Assembly: GCF_963921235.1 (NCBI RefSeq)
Contig: NC_086108.1
Span: 88,228,001-88,292,000, forward strand
From: Mobula hypostoma
Taxonomy: Eukaryota
DNA: 64,000 nt
Direction: 5' to 3'
Below are positions 13,903 through 26,701 of this stretch, piece by piece. A program made the position numbers and the translations under genes. Positions within the stretch are counted from its first letter, which is position 1; each line of letters starts with the position of its first letter. The notes beneath the pieces are model-generated. The model saw nothing but the letters and a program-made list of their open reading frames with translations. It was not told the DNA's origin and did not search any database.

Positions 13903-14695
13903 CATATAACCATATAACAATTACAGCATGGAAACAGGCCATCTCGGCCCTTCTAGTCCATGCCAAACGCTTACTCTCACCAAGTCTCACCGACCTGCAC
14001 TCAGCCCATAACCCTCCATTCCTTTCCTGTCCATATAGCTATCCAATTTAACCTTAAATGACAATATCGAACCTGCCTCTACCACTTCTGCTGGAAGCTC
14101 ATTCCACACAGCTACCACCCTCTGAGTAAAGAAGTTCCCCCTCATGTTACCCCTAAACTTTTGCCCCCTAACTCTCAACTCATGTCCTCTTGTTTGAATT
14201 TCCCCCACTCTCAATGGAAAAAGCCTATCCACGTCAACTCTATCTATCCCCCTCATAATTTTAAATACCTCTATTAAGTCCCCCCTCAACCTTCTATGCT
14301 CCGAAGAATAAAGACCCAACTTGTTCAACCTTTCTCTGTACCTTAGGTGCTGAAATCCAGGTAACAGTCTAGTAAATCTTCTCTGTACTCTCTCTATTTT
14401 GTTGACATCTTTCCTATAATTCGGTGACCAAAACTGTACACAATACTCCAAATTTGGCCTTACCAATGCCTTGTACAATTTTAACATTACATCCCAACTC
14501 CTATACTCAATGCTCTGATTTATAAAGTCCAGCATACCAAAAGCTTTCTTCACCACCCTACACACATGAGATTCCACCTTCAGGGAACTATGCACCATTA
14601 TTCCTAGATCCCTCTGTTCTACAGCATTCTTCAATACCCTACCATTTACCATGTATGTCCTATTTTGATGCAGCACCTCACATTTATCAGCACTG
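13903..14695 (-). mobile_element. CR1 LINE 3' end (second subfamily)
   Basis: ORF 13987-14733 contains VRPNLEYCVQFWSPNY and FFTQRVVAVWNELP; 3' tail repeats (accatata). Confidence 0.92.
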
Positions 14696-14754
14696 AACAG
14701 ACGGCACATCCTTCTATTCAATATTTGATTCAATCTTCTGTTTTAATATTCGAT

Positions 14755-16710
14755 AGGTTTCACTGAGTTACCCCTCGTTCTTCTAAACTCCAATGAGTAC
14801 AGAGTCAGGACCATCAAGCACTCCTCATGTGTTAAACCTTTCATTCCTAGAATTATTTGTGTGAACCTCCTGTGGACTATCTCCAATGCCAGTACATCCT
14901 TTCTTAGGCAAGTGGCCCAAAACTGCTCACAATACTCAAATTACGGTCTTATCAATGTCTTATAAAACTGCAGGATTACATTCTTGCTTTTATACTCTAT
15001 TCCTCTCGAATTGAATGGTAACATTGAAATTGCCTCATTCACCTCCCACTCATCCTGCAAGTTAACCTTCTGGGAATCCTGCATCTGGCCGCTTTTGATT
15101 TCTGAAATTTTCCCCCTTTTGACAACTGTCTATGCCTTTATTCCTTCTACCAAGGTGCGTGATCCTACACGTCCCTACATTATTTTCCATCTGCCACTTC
15201 TTTGCCCACTCTCTCAAGTCCAAGAATTCCTGCAGATTGCCTGCTTCCTCAACACTATCTGTCCCTCCACCAACCTTCGTATCATCCATAAACTGAGCCG
15301 CAAAGCCATCAATTCTGTCAACCAAATTATTGACATATAACATGAAAAGAATCAGTCCCAACATTAATCCCTGCAGAACATCACTAGATACTGGCAGCCA
15401 ATTTGAAAAGGCTCCCTCTAATCCCACTCTTTGCCTTCTGCCAGTCAGGCACTCCTCTATCCATGCAAATATCTTTCCTGTAACACCATGGGCTCTTATC
15501 TTGTTTAGCAGCCTCATGTGCAGCAGCTTGTCAAAGGTCTTCTGTAAATCCAAGTAAACAATATTCACTGACTCTCCTTTGTCTAGCTTGCCTGTTATTT
15601 ACTCAAAGAAATCCATCAGATTTGTCAGGCTTGATTTCCCTTTCAGGGAACCATGCTGTCTTTGGCCTATTTTGTCATGTTCCTCTAAGTACCCTGAAAC
15701 TGCTTCCTTCGTAATGGACTCCAGCATCTTCCCATCCATTGAAGTCAGGTGAACTGGCACCTATTTTCCTTTCCTTTGCCTCCCTCTCTTTTTAAAGAGT
15801 GGAATAATATTTGCAATTTTTCCAGTCCTCCAGAACCAATCCAGAATCTAGAGATACTTGAAAGATTACTACTATTGCCTCTACAATCTCTTCAGCCACC
15901 TCTTTCAGAACCCTGCAGTGTTGTCCATCTGGTCCAGGTGAATTATTTACCTTCAGACATTTCAGCTTCCCATGCAGCTTTTCCTTAGTAATAACAACCA
16001 CACTCATTTCTGCCCCCTGACATTCTCAAATTTCTGCTATACTGCTAGTGTCTTCAAAGTGAAGCCTGATGCAATATACTTATTAAGTTCATCTGCCATT
16101 TCTTTGTTCCCCATTACTGCCTTTCCAGTGCATTTTCCAGCTCTCGCTGTTCTTTTACTCCTTATATATCTGAAAAAACTTTTGGAACCTATTTTTATAT
16201 TGTTGGCTACCTTACAAGTTCAAGTTCAGGTGTAAGTTTACTGTCATCTGACTGCAACCAAACAAAACAAAGTTCTTCCAGATCATGGTACCCAGAAAAC
16301 ATACATCACACACAGCACATAATATTACCATAAATAAACTTATTATAAATAAGTTAATAAAATGTAATTCAAAATGTATGTAGTGCACAGCACAGGTAAA
16401 CAGTACTGTGTCCAGGTACTGAGATCTCATTGGAGGCATGGTATTAGTCTCACAGACAGAAGGAAAAAATTGTGTTTTGCTATACTGTATGTCCCTTCTT
16501 TTGCTTTTATGCTAGCTTTCACTTCTCTTGTCAGCCACAGATGCCTCCTTCTGCCTTTAGAATTCTTCTTTTTTGTGATGTATCTGTCCTGCACTTTCCG
16601 AATTGCTCCCAGAAACTTCAGCCATTACTGTTCTGCCGTGATCCCTAATAGTGTCCCCTTCCAATCTACTTTGGCCAGCTCCTTTCTCGTGCTTCTGTAA
16701 TTCCCTTTAC
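14755..16710 (-). mobile_element. Decayed CR1 ORF2, interrupted by a Rex/L2-type 3' fragment at ~16212-16470
   Basis: ORFs 15062-15568 and 15792-16007 carry RT motifs (LDLQKTFDK, FMDDTKVG). The interrupting segment begins with a (caagtt)n tail. Confidence 0.85.
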
Positions 16711-18152
16711 ACCATTTTGAATGTAGTTCCCAGGAGTCAGCATGTTACATTGGTAATAATGTTACAAAGGTACCTGCAAATCTTCCTGGCACTAACCAGT
16801 TGGATTTGTCATAAAACTTAGTAAATATATCTCATCCAGAGAACACTGAGAGGAGATTGCAGGCACTTGGAAATCTAACCTTCCTCGTCTCTTAAACAAT
16901 CATATCTTGTCTCTAAACTGAGTGGAACTTGTGAACTTGGAGATACTCAGGGTGTAAAATCTGAATAACTGCAAATTAATCTGCTTCTGCCCTAAGTAGT
17001 CTCATATCTTATAGATACTGATTCTGAGCAATAATGTCATAGAGTATGGGCCCTTTGGCCCACAATAAAAGGACTTGAACAGATTAAACGTCTTGGTGCT
17101 TCAGCAGTGTGAGGGAATTGTCAGCACTGAATCTGGAACATAACAAGCTGACCAGAATGACTGACTGTAATACCATTAGCAAAATTTGAAGCAAAAGATG
17201 AGGTTTGGCTGAAAGGAAATCCTTGTTCTATGATCAGGCACTGCTTCCACTTCAGATCAGGCTGGAGCTACAACTGGGAAAGCGATTAACAACTAGCAAT
17301 TTCAACTCAGTTTCAGATAAGCCTGCGGAGTTTCTGGGGAACATTGGAATGAGAACTAGAACCAGGTTTATTATCACTGACCTATGTCATGAAATTCGTT
17401 GTTTTGTGGCAGCAGTACAGTGCAGTACACAAATAGATCCACAGGAAAAATAAATAAATAGGTGATTAATACTAGGTGCTGGGGGTGAAATGTCTAATAC
17501 CAGAGGGCATGCATTTAGAGTGAGGGGCAAGCTTTTTACACAGAGAGACATGGGTGCCTGGAATGCGCTGGATAGAATAAGATATATCAAGGATTTTTAA
17601 GAGACATTTAGATAGGCACATGAATGTGAGGAAAATGGAGGGGTATGGACATTGTGTAGGCATAAAGAATTAGTCTAGTTGGCCATTTGATTACTAATTT
17701 ATTTGGTTCAGCACAACATTGTTCCTGTGCTGCCCTGTCCCTGTTCTATGCTCTATTTTCGAAGTCAATAAGTAGCGCAGGAACAGAGCAAACTGGTGAG
17801 GTAGTGTTCATGAGTTCATGGACCATTCAGAAATCTGATGGTGGAAGGGAGGAAGCTGTTCCTAAAATGCTGAATGTGTGCCTTCAGGCTCCTGTACTCT
17901 TCCCTGATGGTAGTAACGAGAAGAGGGCCATCAGTGTGATCTTTGAGCCTGATGTTTCTCCACAACATCAGGACTGAAGTATGAGTTTTAACCAAAGCTT
18001 TACATGGTAGGACACCGATCAGTATGCAATTGAAAAGGACTATGGACTGGCTGTAAAATGAACTGTAAAATGTAAAATGAGTTTATCCTATTAATTGGAT
18101 TAGATTGAAATAACCTTCTGAATGTCAACCTAACATACACTTTTGATTTCAG

Positions 18153-20238
18153 TATACACTCAGTGGCAACATCATTAGGTATACCTTTATGCCTACTCAT
18201 TAATGCAAATATCTAATATGGCAGTAACTCAATGCTTAAAAACATGCAGACATGGTCAAGAGATTCTGTTGTTGTTCAGACCAAATGTCAAAGTGGGGAA
18301 GAAATGTGACCTATGTGACTTTGATCATGGAATGATTGTTGTTCTAAACGGGGTGGTTTCAGTATCTCAGAAACTGCAGATCTCCCAGAATTTTGACACA
18401 CAACTTTAGATACCAAAAGATTCTTCAGATACATAAAGTGTAAAAAAGAGGCAAAAGTGGATATTGGACCGCTGCAAAACAATGCTGGAGAGATAGTAAC
18501 GAGGGAACTATGAGATAGCAGACAAACTGAATAAGTATCTTGCATCAGTCTTCACTGTGGAAGATACTAGCAGTATGGTGGAAGTTCCAGGTATCATGGG
18601 CATGAAGGGTGTGAAGTTATCACAACTAAACACAAGGTTCTTGGGAAACTGAAAGGTATGAAGGTAGATAAGTCACCTGGACCACATGGTATACACCCCA
18701 GAGACCTGAAAGAGGTGGCTGAAGAGATCATGGAGGGATTAGTAATGATCTTTCAAGAATCATTAGATTCTGGAGTGGTTCTGGAAGACTGGAAAATTAG
18801 AAAAATGTCACTCCAAGAAGGGAGAGAGGCAGAAGAAAGGAAACTATAGGCCAGTTAGTCTGACCTCAGTGGTTGAGGAGATGTTCGAGTCAATTATTAA
18901 GGATGAGAGCCTTTTCTGGTTGGCTGCTGGTGACTAGTGGTGTTCCACAAGGGTCTGTGTTGGGACTCCTTCCTTTTATGTCATAATGTAAATGACTTGG
19001 ATGATGGAATTGATGGCTTTGTTGTAACATTCGCAGACAATATGAAGATAGGTGGAGAGGCATGTAGTTTTGAGGATTTGGGGAGGTTATGGAAGGACTT
19101 AGATAGATTAGGAAATGGCAGATGGATTACAATGTCGGGAAGTGTATGGTATGCACTTTGGTAGAAGAAATGAAAGGGTTGACTATTTTCTCAATGGAGA
19201 GAAAATACAAAAACTCAGGTGCAAAGGGACTTGGGAGTCCTTGTACAGAATTCCCTAAAGGTTAATTTGCAGGTTTAGTCTGAGGTGAGGAAGGCAAATG
19301 CAATGTTAGTATTCATTTCAAGAGGACTAGAATATAAAAGCAAGGACGTAATGTTGAGACTTTATAAAGCACTGGTGAGGCCTCACGTGGAGTATTGAGA
19401 GCAGGTTTGTGCCCCTTATCATAGAAAGGATGTGCTGAAACTGGAGAGGGTTCAAAGGAGGTTCACAAAAATGATTGCAGGATTGAATGGCTTCTCATAT
19501 GAAGAGCGTTTGATGACTCTGGGCCTGTATTCACTGGAATTCAGAAGAATGAGGGGTGTCCGCATTGAAACCTATTGAATGGTGAAAGGCCTTGATAGAG
19601 TGGATGTGGAGAGGATGTTTCCGATGGTGGGAGAGTCTAAGACCTGAGGACACAGCCTCAGAATAGAGGGGTGTCCTTTTAGAACAGAAATGAGGAGGAA
19701 TTTCTTTAGCCAGAGAGTGGTGAATCTGTGGAATTCTTTGCCACAGGCAGCTGTGGAGGCCACCTTTATGTATATTTAAGACAGAAGTTGATAGATTCTT
19801 GACTGGTCAGGGCATGAAGGAATACGGGGAGAAGGCAGGAGATTAGAGCTGAGAGGAAAGTTGGATCAGCCATGATGAAATGGTGGAGCAGACTCAATGG
19901 GCCAAATGGCTTGTTGGCCTAATTCCGCTCTTATATCTTATCTATCTTAACTGACAACTGTCGCTGGAGTTTACAGAGAATGATGCAGAAAATAAGCAAA
20001 AAAAAAAAATCCAGTGAGTAGCAGCTCTGTGCGCAGAAATGCCTTTTAATGAGAGAGGTAAGGGGAGAATGAACAGTCTATTTCAAGCTGACCAGAAGGC
20101 GATTGTAACTCAAATAACCACACGTTACAACAGTAGTGTGCAGAAAAGCATCTTTGAATGCATAACATGTTGAACATTAATGTGACTGGGCTCCAACAGT
20201 AGAAGACCACGATCAGGAGGTACCTAATAAAGTGGCCT
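18153..20238 (+). mobile_element. Tc1-derived element split by a CR1 insertion
   Basis: Left TIR tatacactcagtggc at 18153, GKKCDL remnant, right TIR gtacctaataaagtggcc at ~20220. Confidence 0.75.
18408..19950 (+). mobile_element. CR1 ORF2 fragment with 3'UTR, inserted into a Tc1-derived element
   Basis: KSPGPHGIHPR and FADNMKIG motifs; (tatct)n tail near 19930-19948. Confidence 0.88.
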
Positions 20239-20664
20239 TGCAGGAATATAATACATGCCTAAGGCTAGACAATACCTAGGGTGTCTGTAGCACGTGGCAG
20301 TCTGTAGCACTGTTCAGAAGTGTCACTGTTTGGTCCCAGAACTCGCTTACTACATAGACTGCTGGTATTGCTACTGTCATTGCACAGCAGTCATTTGCTT
20401 GCTCAGTATAGTGGTTGTTGCCCTTGAGTCCGAAAGTTAGTGTTACTTCTGCCGCCTTTTGTAGAGAGGCTGACGCTTCAGTGACCAGCAGAGGGAGCAC
20501 TGCACTGACAGATGTGATGGCTCAGCATGTAGCACGCTCATATGCAGCCTGCAAGGGAATAAGGGGAGGAGACTGAGCTGGGAAATGGAGGGGGTTGGGG
20601 GAGTCACAGGAAAAGGCTCTTTCAAGGTCCCCATCACTTGGCGCCAAGTGGCTTTGTGCGGTAG

Positions 20665-21199
20665 ATATGTCTATCCACGGCCTCCTCTACTGTAAAGATG
20701 AAGCCACACTCAGGTTGGAGGAACAACATCTTATATTCCATCTGGGTAGCCTCCAACCTGATGGCATGAACATTGACTTCTCAAACTTCTGCTAATGACC
20801 CACCTCCCCCTCGTACTCCATCCGTTATTTATTTATATACATACATTCTTTTTCTCTCTCTCCTTTTTCTCCCTCTGTCCCTCTCACTATACCCCTTGCC
20901 CATCCTCTGGGCTTTGTTCCCCCACCTCCTACTTTTTTTTCTCCCTAGGCCTCCTGTCCCATGATCCTCTCGTATCCCTTTTGCCAATCACCTGTCCAGC
21001 TCTTGGCTCCATCCCTCCCTCTCCTGTCTTCTCCTATCATTTCGGATCTCCCCCTCCCCCTCCCACTTTCAAATCTCTTACTAACTCTACTTTCAGTTAG
21101 TCCTGACAAAGGTCTTGGCCCGAAACATCGAATGTACCTCTTCCTAGAGATGCTGCCTGGCCTGTTGTGTTCACCAGCAACTTTTATGTGTGTTGCTTG
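20665..21199 (+). mobile_element. PLE 3' fragment with terminal repeat
   Basis: Encodes RLEEQHLIFHLGSLQPDGMNIDF (PLE endonuclease C-terminus), followed by a CT-rich UTR and the HHR motif. Confidence 0.85.
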
Positions 21200-21654
21200 A
21201 GATTACTTGTGGTGTTGTCAGGGGGATTTGCCATTGAAGCAGTTGAAGCAATGCAGAGTGTGTGTCTTTGTGAGAGGGGCATGCAATGGTGATTGGAATA
21301 TTGTGGCCATCAGGGCATCGGTTTGCCAAGTTGTCAGAAGATGGTCTGGTGTTGGGTACCATTCTTGGGCAGTGTTGGAAAGAAAGTAAATAAGAAACTT
21401 ACTGAATAAGAGAAAGTAAGTAAAGTAAATGGCAAGCTCCCATTCCTGCGGTGTGCAATGAAAGCGTGGTTGTCTAGGAAATGACAGCAGACATTAAATT
21501 ATCCAAGAGGAACATTGCACAGCGAACAGCATCGCAACTGGTACTGAAATTATATGAGGCGTACAAGTGAGCTTCACATTGGGATTTACAAATTGATATT
21601 TTCACCAAGAAATGGTTGTCACTGTCTGTGACTCTGAAACAAATAGTACTGCAT

Positions 21655-23435
21655 AAACACGAATAACCTGCAGATGCTGGAAATCTAGAGCAACACACAC
21701 ACAATACTGGAGGAACTCAGCAGGTCAGGCAGCATCTATGTAACTGAATAAACAGTCAATGTTTTGGGCCAAGACCCTTCTTCAGGGCCGCAAAGGAAGG
21801 GGGAAGATGCCAGAATAAAAAGGTGGGAAAAGGGGAAGGAGGATTAATTGGAAGGTGATCGATGAAACCAGGTGGATGGGGAAGATAAAGGGCAGGAGAA
21901 GAAAGAATCTGAGAGGAGAGGAGGGTGGACCAAGGGAGAAAGAGAAGAAGGAGGGGCACCAGGGGGAGGCGATAGACAGGCAGGGAGAAGATGTAGGTGG
22001 CCAATGTGGGGAATACAAGGGGGGGCGGTGGAGGAAAAACATTTACCAGAAGGAGAAATAGATGCTCAAGCAAAAGAGGTTGGTAAAATAGGAGGCCGTG
22101 GACTGACATGTCGGAAGGGAGTGGGGATAGGAATTAAAGTGATTGGCCACCAGGAAATTCTGCTTTTGGCAGATGGAGTGGAGTTGCTTGACAAAGCAGT
22201 CCTCCAATTTACGGCAGGTCTCACCAATGTGAAGGAAGCTGCATCGAGAGCACTGGATACAATAGATGACACCAACAGATTTGGAGGTGAAGTGTTCCCT
22301 CATTTAGAAGGACTGTTTGGTGCCATGAATGGAGGTGACTGATATGTTGGATGCGGAGGCATATGGGGTGGTAGGTGAGGACGAGAGGAACTCTATCCCT
22401 GTTAAGGTGGTGGGAAGATAGGTTGAGCACAGATCTCTGGGAAATGCAGGTGGGAATAACATCAATGGCGAAGGAAAGAAAACTCCATTCTTTGAAAAAG
22501 GAGGAAAGCCTTATCCTGGGAACAATTGTGGTGGAGACGAAGGAACTGAGAAAAGGGAATAGCATTTTTACAGGAGACAGGGAGATAAGCAATATAGTCA
22601 AGATAGCTGTGGGAATAGGTAGGCTTATAAAAGTTATCGGTAGACAGTTTATTTCCAGAGATGGAAACAGAAAGATCAAGAAAGGTGAGAGGGGTGTCAG
22701 AAATGTACCAGGTGAATTTAAGGGCAAGGTGGAATTTGGAAGCAACTTTGATGAAATTGATTAACTTAGAATGGGAGCATGACAGCAGCAATGCAGGCAT
22801 CAATGTAGCGCAGGAAGAGCTTGGGAGTGTTACTGTGGAAGGCTTGGAACATGGATTATTGCATGTAGACAATGAAAAGGCAGGCATACGGGGGCTTACT
22901 GGGTGCCCATGGTTACTTCTTGAGGATGGAGAAATGGAGAAGAGCTGAAAGAGAAATCGTTCAGAGTGAGGACCATCTGCCAGGCGGAGGAGGTTGGTGG
23001 TGGAGGGGAAACTGGTTGGGTCTTTTGTGGAGAAAGAAACAGAGTGCTTTAAGCCCACCTTGATGGGGAATTGAAGTCTATATGAACTGAACATCCTTGG
23101 TGAAAATGAGGCAGTCAGGATCAGGCAATTGAAAGTTGTTGAGGAAATTGAGAGTATGTGAAGTGTAACGGATGTAGGTGGGAAGGAACTGAACCGAGGG
23201 GGATAAAATGGAGTCAAGGTGTGTAGACACAAGTTCAGTGGGGTACAAGCAGGCAGAGACAATGGGCCTACCTGGACTGTCAGGTTTGTGGATGTTGGGT
23301 AGGGGATAGAAGTGAGTAGTGTTGGGTAAGGATTCTATGAGTTTGGTGAAAATGGATGGGAGTTCTCCAGAATTGATGAAGCTAGTGATAGTGTTGGAGA
23401 TAATTTTCTGATGATCCAAAGTAGGGTCCTTTTCA
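21655..23435 (-). mobile_element. Penelope-like element (RT plus GIY-YIG endonuclease), decayed, with terminal repeat
   Basis: HKPDSPGRPIVS, TFLDLSV...YKPTYSHSYL and VIYCIQCSRC...HIGET (GIY-YIG). Ends in the HHR-containing repeat. Confidence 0.88.
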
Positions 23436-26357
23436 AGAGGAGGTGCTCTGCCAATCCTTCATCTGCATCCTTCTAATTTGATTGCCAGTGTCTAGAAAAG
23501 TGCAGTGACATCTGTTTGAAGATTTGGAAGACTTGCACTGCATGCTGTCACCTGACTGCCGGTAAAAAAGATCTGCTGAATCTGGACCTCTCTCATGTGT
23601 CCTGTTTGCAGACATATGCAAGATTTTGATGCAAAGTTCATGAAATGGCGTCACTGACAACTTCCGCCAATCAGAGTAAGCAAAAGTCTTTGTATATATT
23701 TGCATATTCTCATATTGCTTGCTGAACGTCACATGCTGTGCTTGGCAATTGTAGTATGTGACAGGAGAAGAAGGATTGACTACTTAACCCATCAAGTCAA
23801 CAGCAGGCAGATACGGATCACTGGTGGATATTGAGGGCTATGGATTGAGTCCAGCACATGCTTCATGGTTTCACAAACAAAAGTTAGAAACACAGGCCAT
23901 CGAACACATGTTCACAGTGGAAACAAGACTACTTCCATTACTTTCTTTTCAACCATCTTGAGGCTGTTCATAATACAGAGCATAGAACACAAAACAGTTC
24001 AACACAGGAACAGGCCTTTTATTCCATGATGCCAAAATTAAATGAATCCTGTCTACCTGCGCAAAATCCACTTCATTCTCTTACCTGTCTGTATGTAAAC
24101 ATAGCTATCACATCGGCTTCTAGCACCTCCCTTGGCACAATATTCAAAGCACCTGCCACTTTTTTAACAAAAACTGGGCTTGCAATCTACTTTAAAATTT
24201 CCCCTTGACCTTAAAGCTATGCCCTCTAGTTGAAATTTCCAAGCTGAAAGACTCTGTCTACTTTCTCTGTACCTCTCAATTTTATGTACTCAGAGTTCTA
24301 TCATTTATTGTATATTTCCTTCTTATATTTAATGTCCCAAAGTGTCCCGAAGTTTCCAATATTAAGCTCTGTTTGCTATTCCTCTGCCCATAATTTCCCA
24401 CTGATCTATATCTTTCTGCACCCTATTCAACCTTCCTTACTATCCATAACTCCGGCAATTTCTGTGTTATCTACAAACTTACTAATCAGCCCACCTTAAT
24501 TTTTGTGTAATAACGTGTATGCCACAGGCAACAGAGGTCCCGGCTGAGACCTCCAGTCAGAATAATACTCCTCCACCATTATACTCCCTCTTCCGTTAGT
24601 TTTAGTCACGTGAATTCCATGTGCCTTAATCTTCTTGATCCTCCTTGTCTGGAAAGGCCTTATATTGCAATACAAATTATTATTGTTGTTCCAGAAATGT
24701 TATTCTGTATATTTCTGCTGTTATAAATTTCACCCCACCTCAGCATATTCCCGTCTTGATCCAGGGCCTTGACCCAAACTGTCAACAATTCCTCCCTTCC
24801 TACAGATGCTGGTTGATCTCCTGAGTTCCTCCAGTTCAAGATTCCTACATCTGCAGTCTCTTTTGTCCCTTCTGTATTCCAAAACTGTTCAATACCTATG
24901 AACAATGCAGCATTAAAAAGTTGCCAGAGAGTTGAGTGTAAATAAGAGGCGAATCTTGAGGAAGCACATTTACTGCCCAGTAAAATACACAGTAAAGTTC
25001 CTCTACATGTTAATTCCTTAAATTTACAATAATAGTAAATGAGTACAATAAATACTTGTAGAAATTATGTTTGTGGTAATTATTTTTCCTCTACTGAATA
25101 CTATTTTGTTATGAAGATATCAAACTTCTGTAACCATTGCTTTATGCTAAGGCTTCCTGTTTATTTCCTTTACAGTTCAATGCATTTGTTCCCTCCCATA
25201 AATGAATTGCTTTTCAATATTTGAGCTCTTTTCAAAGGTCATTTTGTTTATAAATCTCTATGTATTCACGCTGAGTTCAGCCACTATGTTTAAGCATGTT
25301 TTTTTTTGGAGAGGAAGTCTTATGTACATTTTTTTTAAAAATCTGTTCAATTTGTTTCATGAGAACAGAATGACAAATTGAAGTTGCTGATACACCGAGT
25401 CAAATAGGAACCATAAGATTTGAAGGTGGGAAGTTTGAATAATCTGATAGAATAATTCTTCAGAATGTCACTGCCTACCTTACCCAAGAATTTAGGATCC
25501 ACAGCCCAGCACTGGGTTTGACTTAGCCAACCTAAGATTTGTTAGCTTGAATCACTTTCCCAAATAAGACCATAAAACATAGAAGCAGGATTTGGCCATT
25601 TAGCCTATCGAGTCTGCTCCACCATTTCAACATGGCTGATTTATTATTCCTCTCAGTTTCATTCTCCTGCTTATGTCCTGTAACAATAAGGCATTCTTAC
25701 TGTCTAATGCGATGGTGTGTCTGAGTGATATTGAGCTAGAAGGTATTTTCAATACCTTTGATCTGATACTACCGGTTTTCCAGATTTTGTAAGTTCCAGT
25801 TTGCAACGTTCAACAAGTTAGTTACTTTTGCGCTTGCCGCTTTATAGTGGAAACTTGCTCAGAAAATATAGAGTCATAGAACACTATGACTACATCACAG
25901 AAACAGGCCCTTCAGCCCATCTAGTCTGTAAAAAAGTATTAATCTGCCTAGCCCCATCGACCTGCACCCGGACTATAGCCCTCCATACCCTTCCCATCCA
26001 TGTACCTATCCAAATTTCTCTTAGATATTGAAATTGAAGCCAGACCCACAGCTTCCACTGGCACATTGCTCCACACTCTCTCAACCTTCAGAGTGAAGAA
26101 AATCTTTAAACATTGAGAAGTATGATGAACTTTGATATTTATGTCTATCTTTAATATTGTGTTGTGAGGAAACCTTCCAGAAAAGATCTGGAAAATTCCC
26201 AAGACAAGGCTTCCTTTCCACATTCGGTCCATTTGGCAAGAACTCATATTAATTTTGAAATAACATTCTTCATATGGCTCACATATATTGTATAAATATT
26301 CATTGATATATGTCCAGATAAGTATTTAATTAACACTGTGTTTATTGAAATCTTCAG

Positions 26358-26701
26358 CTTCATACGTGTCACCAGAAGGCGGCAGCAAGGCATGGCACTA
26401 TCTTGTTGGTGTACTGGTGACAGCGATTTGCCTCTCAGCATTGACTGTCATTTGTGCAAAGTTTAAACTCTTCCGCAAGTACTTTACCAGCTACAGCCAC
26501 CAACTGCTGCCAGAAGTGGCCACCCAAGATAATGACACAGTTAGTGTAAGCATGGTATATGATGGCAACATGAAGGAAAATAGAAATCAACCCATGTATC
26601 CATCTGAGGGCCTGGAAGAAGATGACGGATACATTGAAGATAATTACATTCAGATGGGAGCGAAATCTGAAGATGACGAAGAGATGCACGTTACCATTTA
26701 A
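26358..26701 (+). CDS. c1orf210: Type III endosome membrane protein TEMP / C1orf210-like (LRRC19-TM family), terminal coding exon
   Basis: Acceptor tcttcag| (phase 1). Encodes a TM helix AWHYLVGVLVTAICLSALTVICAK, a juxtamembrane RKYFTSYSHQLLPE, and an acidic EEDDGYIEDNYIQ motif characteristic of C1orf210/LRRC19 tails. Stop TAA ends at 26701. Confidence 0.8.
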
